A DNA stretch of 64,000 nt, taken from positions 1 to 64,000 of the IMG/VR virus record IMGVR_UViG_3300044644_000945; one strand, written 5' to 3'. The notes under the pieces are model-generated. The model did no database searches and had not been told where the DNA came from. It saw nothing but the letters and a program-made list of their open reading frames with translations. Positions 59,211-64,000 of this stretch are shown here, in pieces (position 1 is the stretch's first letter; every line of letters starts with the position of its first letter). The translations under genes were made by a program, and so were the position numbers. The DNA comes from a virus.

Positions 59211-61412
59211 ATGTATATATCTGTACCAACATATGATGATACAACTGATGTATGGTCACACACAGATTTTGAAACAAAAGAAGAATTTGTAAAGTTTATG
59301 TGGTCCTTGTTTAAGGAACCAGGTAAATATGCATTTGATGAAACATCATATAAGTTTAATGAGCAGGCAAAAAACTTTGAAAAAAATAACAAGGTATATT
59401 GTTATGCACCTATGCGTTCAAAGGACTATATTAACTATTGGGAAACTGAAAAAGATAAATGTAGAAATGGTGTAATATTTAAGAATGCAAAAAACACATG
59501 GTATCTTACTAGAGATTATTACATGTGGTTAAACTTTCTACCTATATATAACAAAGAGATATCTAAGTTTGGATTTGCTAGTGTCAGAGATGCTCAGTAT
59601 CATATGGCAATGTATGAAGAGATTGGCAGACATAGTTCTAAGCATGCTGTTATATTAAAGAAACGTCAGATAGCATCTAGTTATTATCATGGTGCAAAAA
59701 TGATAAACTACTTTTGGTTTGAAGAAGGTTCTATCAATAAGATAGCAGGATCTTTAAAAGACTATATTGGTGAGAAAGGTACATGGCGTTTTCTTGAAGA
59801 ATACAGAAACTTTCTTAATACATATACAGGTTGGTATAGACCTTGTACTCCAGATAAGATATTTAACTGGGAACAAAAGATTGAAATAAATCAAGGTGGT
59901 AGAAAAAGAGATATAGGTTTAAAATCTGTATTATTAGGACTTATATTAGACAAAGATCCTACAAATGGTGTAGGAGGTCCTTGTACTTTTTTCTTTCACG
60001 AGGAGGCAGGTATTGCCCCTAAAATGAATCAAACCTTAGAGTACTTACTTCCTGCAATGAAGTCTGGTATGGTATATACTGGACAATTTGTAGCTGCAGG
60101 ATCTGTTGGAGATTTAGATCAATGTGAACCTTTAAGAGAAATATTAATGATGCCAAACAGTAAAGATGTACTTGCTGTTGAAACTGATTTACTAGATGAT
60201 AAAGGTACAAAAGGTCAGTGTGCTTTATTCATACCTCAGCAATGGTCAATGATTCCATGTATAGATGAGTATGGTAACTCTCTAGTAGAGAAGGCATTAG
60301 ACATGATTAAGGAAGAAAGATTGCAATGGAAGAAAGATCTTAAACCTGATGATTATCAACTACGTATATCTCAGCATCCTATAACTATTGAAGAAGCATT
60401 TGCAAGTAGAAAAGCTGCTAAGTTTAATCCTTCATTAGTTGTATCACAGATAAGAAGAATTGAAGATGGTGAATATTATAAAGAGTTTCTAGAATTATCT
60501 AGAGGTGAAAATAATGTTATCACTGCAAAAGAATCTAAAAAGATTCCTATATCAGAATTTCCTATATCAGCAAAAACAGAAAACAAAGAAGGTGTACTTG
60601 TTGTATGGGAAAGACCTGCAAAAGATCCAACCTTTGGAATGTACTACGCATCTATTGACCCTGTTGCAGAAGGAAAGACAACTACCTCAGACTCATTGTG
60701 TTCTATATTTGTATATAAGACATCACAAGAAATTACCAAACATAAGGCTGATGGTACAATAGATTCATACATAGAAAGAGACAAGATTGTTGCAGCATGG
60801 TGTGGCAGGTTTGATGACCTTAACAAAACACATGAAAGACTAGAGCTTATTATTGAATGGTATAATGCCTGGACAATAGTAGAAAATAACATATCTTTGT
60901 TTATTCAGTATATGATTGCTAAAAGAAAACAAAAGTATCTAGTGCCTAAAAGTCAAATATTATTCTTGAAAGAATTGCAAAGTAATACAAATGTGTTTCA
61001 AGAATATGGCTGGAGAAATGTTAGCACATTATTCAAGACTAATCTTGTATCATATGCACAACAATTTATTGAAGAAGAGTTAGATCATGAAACAAAACCT
61101 GATGGTACAATTGTAAAAACAACATATGGTATTGAAAGAATACCTGATATAATGTTGTTGAAAGAAATGCAAGCATACAGAGATGGACTAAACGTGGATA
61201 GATTGGTTGCATTTTGTGCTATGGTTGCATTTGCACAAGTACAACAATCCAACAGAGGATATGTAAAACGCACTGAAAGAGAGGATGATAATTTGCAAAA
61301 GTCAAATAATTATGCTAAATTACAAGTGAGTCCTTTTCGTCATATAGGAAAAAATAAAAGCATAAATAGTGGTATGACAAAACCACGCAATCCATTTAGA
61401 AATTTTAAATAA
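59211..61412 (+). CDS. terL: Terminase large subunit
   Basis: LKKRQ..SS Walker A, FHEEAG Walker B, YASIDP nuclease, VENN, N.DR. Confidence 0.9.
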   Translation: MYISVPTYDDTTDVWSHTDFETKEEFVKFMWSLFKEPGKYAFDETSYKFNEQAKNFEKNNKVYCYAPMRSKDYINYWETEKDKCRNGVIFKNAKNTWYLTRDYYMWLNFLPIYNKEISKFGFASVRDAQYHMAMYEEIGRHSSKHAVILKKRQIASSYYHGAKMINYFWFEEGSINKIAGSLKDYIGEKGTWRFLEEYRNFLNTYTGWYRPCTPDKIFNWEQKIEINQGGRKRDIGLKSVLLGLILDKDPTNGVGGPCTFFFHEEAGIAPKMNQTLEYLLPAMKSGMVYTGQFVAAGSVGDLDQCEPLREILMMPNSKDVLAVETDLLDDKGTKGQCALFIPQQWSMIPCIDEYGNSLVEKALDMIKEERLQWKKDLKPDDYQLRISQHPITIEEAFASRKAAKFNPSLVVSQIRRIEDGEYYKEFLELSRGENNVITAKESKKIPISEFPISAKTENKEGVLVVWERPAKDPTFGMYYASIDPVAEGKTTTSDSLCSIFVYKTSQEITKHKADGTIDSYIERDKIVAAWCGRFDDLNKTHERLELIIEWYNAWTIVENNISLFIQYMIAKRKQKYLVPKSQILFLKELQSNTNVFQEYGWRNVSTLFKTNLVSYAQQFIEEELDHETKPDGTIVKTTYGIERIPDIMLLKEMQAYRDGLNVDRLVAFCAMVAFAQVQQSNRGYVKRTEREDDNLQKSNNYAKLQVSPFRHIGKNKSINSGMTKPRNPFRNFK

Positions 61413-61420
61413 CATACAAC

Positions 61421-64000
61421 ATGCCAAAATTATATAATGCTCTTCAGCTTAAAGGAGGTGCTACTACAGAATATAATAGAATGGGTACACTTACCCAGCC
61501 TATTCAGTTTTTGCTTGCTTCACAAAAAAATGAGCAATGGGCAGCATGGAATCTAGATTGGTTAGAAATGCAAGGTCTTAAACAGTTAAGACGTAATGCA
61601 AGACGCTTGTTAAAAAATTATAAACTTGCAAATGGTATCATAGATAAAACAGACTATATAGTAGAAGAAGATAATGAGTATGCAGAACTAATAGATACTC
61701 TTACAAAAGAAGATTTATCTGCATTTGAATTAAAGTTCTTTCCTATTATACCTAATGTAATCAATGTACTTACTGGTGAATTTGCTAAAAGAAATGATAA
61801 GATTACATACAGAGCTGTAGATGATACTTCTTTTAATGAGATGCTTGATGCTAAAAGAGGAATGATTGAAGAAACTCTTATGGCATATGGTGAGCAAAAA
61901 ATGCAAGAGAACATTGCTAAGATGGGATTAGACCCAAACAATCAAGAGCAAGCTCAACAAGCTCAACAGATGATGTCTCCAGAAAGCATTAAGACTTTAC
62001 CAGAAATAGAACAGTTCTTTAAAAAAGATTATAGATCTATGGTAGAACAATGGGCAGCTCACCAGCACTCAGTAGATACTGAAAGATTCTATATGAAAGA
62101 ATTAGAGAACATGGCTTTCAGAGATATGCTTATTACTGATAGAGAGTTTTGGCATTTTAAATTGAATGAAGATGATTATGATATTGAGATATGGAACCCT
62201 GTTCTTACATTCTATCATAAATCACCTGAAGCAAGATACATATCACAATCTAACTGGGTAGGAAGAGTAGACTTAATGACCATATCTGATATCATAGATA
62301 GATATGGATACATGATGACTAAAGATCAAATGCAACAGTTAGAAGCTATATATCCTGTTAAATCTGCAGGATATGCATTACCAGGCGTACAAAATGATGG
62401 TTCATTCTATGACTCTACAAGATCACATGACTGGAATGTTGAGGGTCCATCATTAGGTATGCGTCAGTTCTTAGCACATAGAGATGCAGTACTTAATACT
62501 GGTGATGACATTATATATAGAATACTTAATGAGTCTGAAGATTTAATGGACTTTAGTAATTACTCTTTGTTACGTGTTACTACAGCATATTGGAAATCTC
62601 AAAGAATGTTAGGACATCTTACAAGAATGGATGATGAAGGAATAATGCATCAAATGATTGTAGATGAAAACTTTAAAGTAACAGAAAAACCTATATATGA
62701 CAATTCTGTTATAAAAGGTAAATCAAGAGACACTCTTATATTTGGAGATCATGTTGATTGGATATGGATTAACCAAGTATGGGGTGGTGTAAAGATAGGT
62801 CCTAACAGACCATCATTCTATGGTAACAATGATAACATGGGATTCAAACCTTTGTATCTAAATTGTCATCCATTGAAGTTTCAGTTTAAAGGTGATAACA
62901 GTTTATATGGTTGCAAGTTACCTGTTGAAGGTTCTGTATTCCATGATAGAAACTCACGCTCGCGCGCGCTTGTAGACAAGATGAAACCATTTCAAATTGG
63001 ATATAATCTTACTAATAATCAGATTGCAGATATCTTAGTAGATGAGTTAGGTACAGTTATTATGCTTGATCAGAATGCATTACCACGTCACTCAATGGGT
63101 GAAGACTGGGGTAAGAACAATTTGGCTAAAGCATATGTAGCAATGAAAGATTTTCAAATGTTACCTTTAGATACATCTATTACAAATACTGAGAATGGAT
63201 TAAACTTCCAACATTATCAAGTACTTAACCTTGAACAAACTCAAAGGTTAATGTCTAGAATACAGTTATCTAATTACTTTAAGCAACAAGCATTTGAAGT
63301 TATTGGTCTTACACCTCAGCGTATGGGTGCAGTAAATGCACAAGAAACTGCTACAGGTATAGAGCAAGCTATCAACATGAGTTACTCACAAACAGAAATG
63401 TACTTTGTAAATCACTCAGAATACTTAATGCCAAGAGTACATCAGATGCGTACAGACTTAGCTCAATACTATCATAGTACAAAACCTAGTATAAGATTAC
63501 AATATGTAACATCTCTTGATGAAAAAATAAACTTCCAAATTAATGGTACAGATTTATTAGCAAGAGAGTTGAACATATTTACATCTACAAAAGTAAATCA
63601 AAAACAAATCACAGAACAAATTAGATCATTAGCATTATCTAACAATACTGCTGGTGCATCTATATATGATTTAGGTAATCTTATCAAAGCTGATTCACTT
63701 GCTGAAATTGATCATACTCTTAAAAACATTGAAGAGAAAGTTAATGCTCAACGTCAACAAGATCAACAAGCACAACAAGAACAAATTCAAATGCAAGAAC
63801 AAGCTGCTGCTGAAAGACAAGAATCTCAACAAAGATTTATAGCAGAACAAAATCAACTTAATAGAGAATCTAATGAGCGTGTTGCTGAAGTTAGAGCATC
63901 TGTTAATACTGCAACACAAGATCTTAATGCAAATGAACAATCAGATTATATAGATACATTAGAATATCTTGATAAGAAAAATGCAAAACAAGTTGACCAA
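61421..64000 (+). CDS. Portal protein (3' truncated; absent from ORF track)
   Basis: Open frame MPKLYNALQLKGG...; FFPIIPNVINVLTGEF; follows terL; Q-rich coiled tail. Confidence 0.85.
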   Translation, partial: MPKLYNALQLKGGATTEYNRMGTLTQPIQFLLASQKNEQWAAWNLDWLEMQGLKQLRRNARRLLKNYKLANGIIDKTDYIVEEDNEYAELIDTLTKEDLSAFELKFFPIIPNVINVLTGEFAKRNDKITYRAVDDTSFNEMLDAKRGMIEETLMAYGEQKMQENIAKMGLDPNNQEQAQQAQQMMSPESIKTLPEIEQFFKKDYRSMVEQWAAHQHSVDTERFYMKELENMAFRDMLITDREFWHFKLNEDDYDIEIWNPVLTFYHKSPEARYISQSNWVGRVDLMTISDIIDRYGYMMTKDQMQQLEAIYPVKSAGYALPGVQNDGSFYDSTRSHDWNVEGPSLGMRQFLAHRDAVLNTGDDIIYRILNESEDLMDFSNYSLLRVTTAYWKSQRMLGHLTRMDDEGIMHQMIVDENFKVTEKPIYDNSVIKGKSRDTLIFGDHVDWIWINQVWGGVKIGPNRPSFYGNNDNMGFKPLYLNCHPLKFQFKGDNSLYGCKLPVEGSVFHDRNSRSRALVDKMKPFQIGYNLTNNQIADILVDELGTVIMLDQNALPRHSMGEDWGKNNLAKAYVAMKDFQMLPLDTSITNTENGLNFQHYQVLNLEQTQRLMSRIQLSNYFKQQAFEVIGLTPQRMGAVNAQETATGIEQAINMSYSQTEMYFVNHSEYLMPRVHQMRTDLAQYYHSTKPSIRLQYVTSLDEKINFQINGTDLLARELNIFTSTKVNQKQITEQIRSLALSNNTAGASIYDLGNLIKADSLAEIDHTLKNIEEKVNAQRQQDQQAQQEQIQMQEQAAAERQESQQRFIAEQNQLNRESNERVAEVRASVNTATQDLNANEQSDYIDTLEYLDKKNAKQVDQ

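Noticed and set aside
601-63940. Numerous 60-170 aa antisense ORFs in the track (e.g. 601-852, 4391-4720, 17498-17806, 40674-41033, 49901-50407, 59015-59392, 61654-61941)
   Set aside because: Shadow frames fully overlapping well-supported genes on the opposite strand
1-64000. Stop-codon reassignment as in some crAss-like phages
   Set aside because: Long genes (PolB, TerL, portal, 2023-aa protein) are intact in the standard code, and no suppressor tRNA was seen

Overview
AT-rich (roughly 30% GC by eye), gene-dense fragment of a lytic crAss-like (Crassvirales-type) dsDNA phage, standard genetic code. Bacteroidetes-type TTTG-n19-21-TAnnTTTG promoters and A-rich, SD-less leaders point to a Bacteroidota/Flavobacteria host. 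Layout: (+) 1-14962 end of the virion block (two giant probable ejected proteins, tail fibre/receptor-binding proteins); (-) small regulatory island; (+) lysis cassette 16348-17801; (-) 17878-53559 replication/repair genes (PolB, primase, DnaB, SF2 helicase, UNG, dNMP kinase, spore-photoproduct-lyase-like radical SAM, nucleases), then MoxR/VWA and many small early genes; (+) 53661-64000 GroES-like, PhoH, tRNA(CAT), tmRNA, HU-like, terminase large subunit and a truncated portal. Most notable: (1) an endonuclease VII cassette between a dead 5' stub of polB and a replacement polB start; (2) early genes built as repeated cassettes with a conserved leader and a hairpin with a conserved GUAA loop; (3) a phage tmRNA with a 35-aa tag; (4) several unexplained structured non-coding elements, including a 183-nt tRNA-like one; (5) a candidate -1 frameshift; (6) a nucleotidyltransferase domain in a probable injected virion protein. 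All family calls come from motif recognition by eye; no database searches were run.
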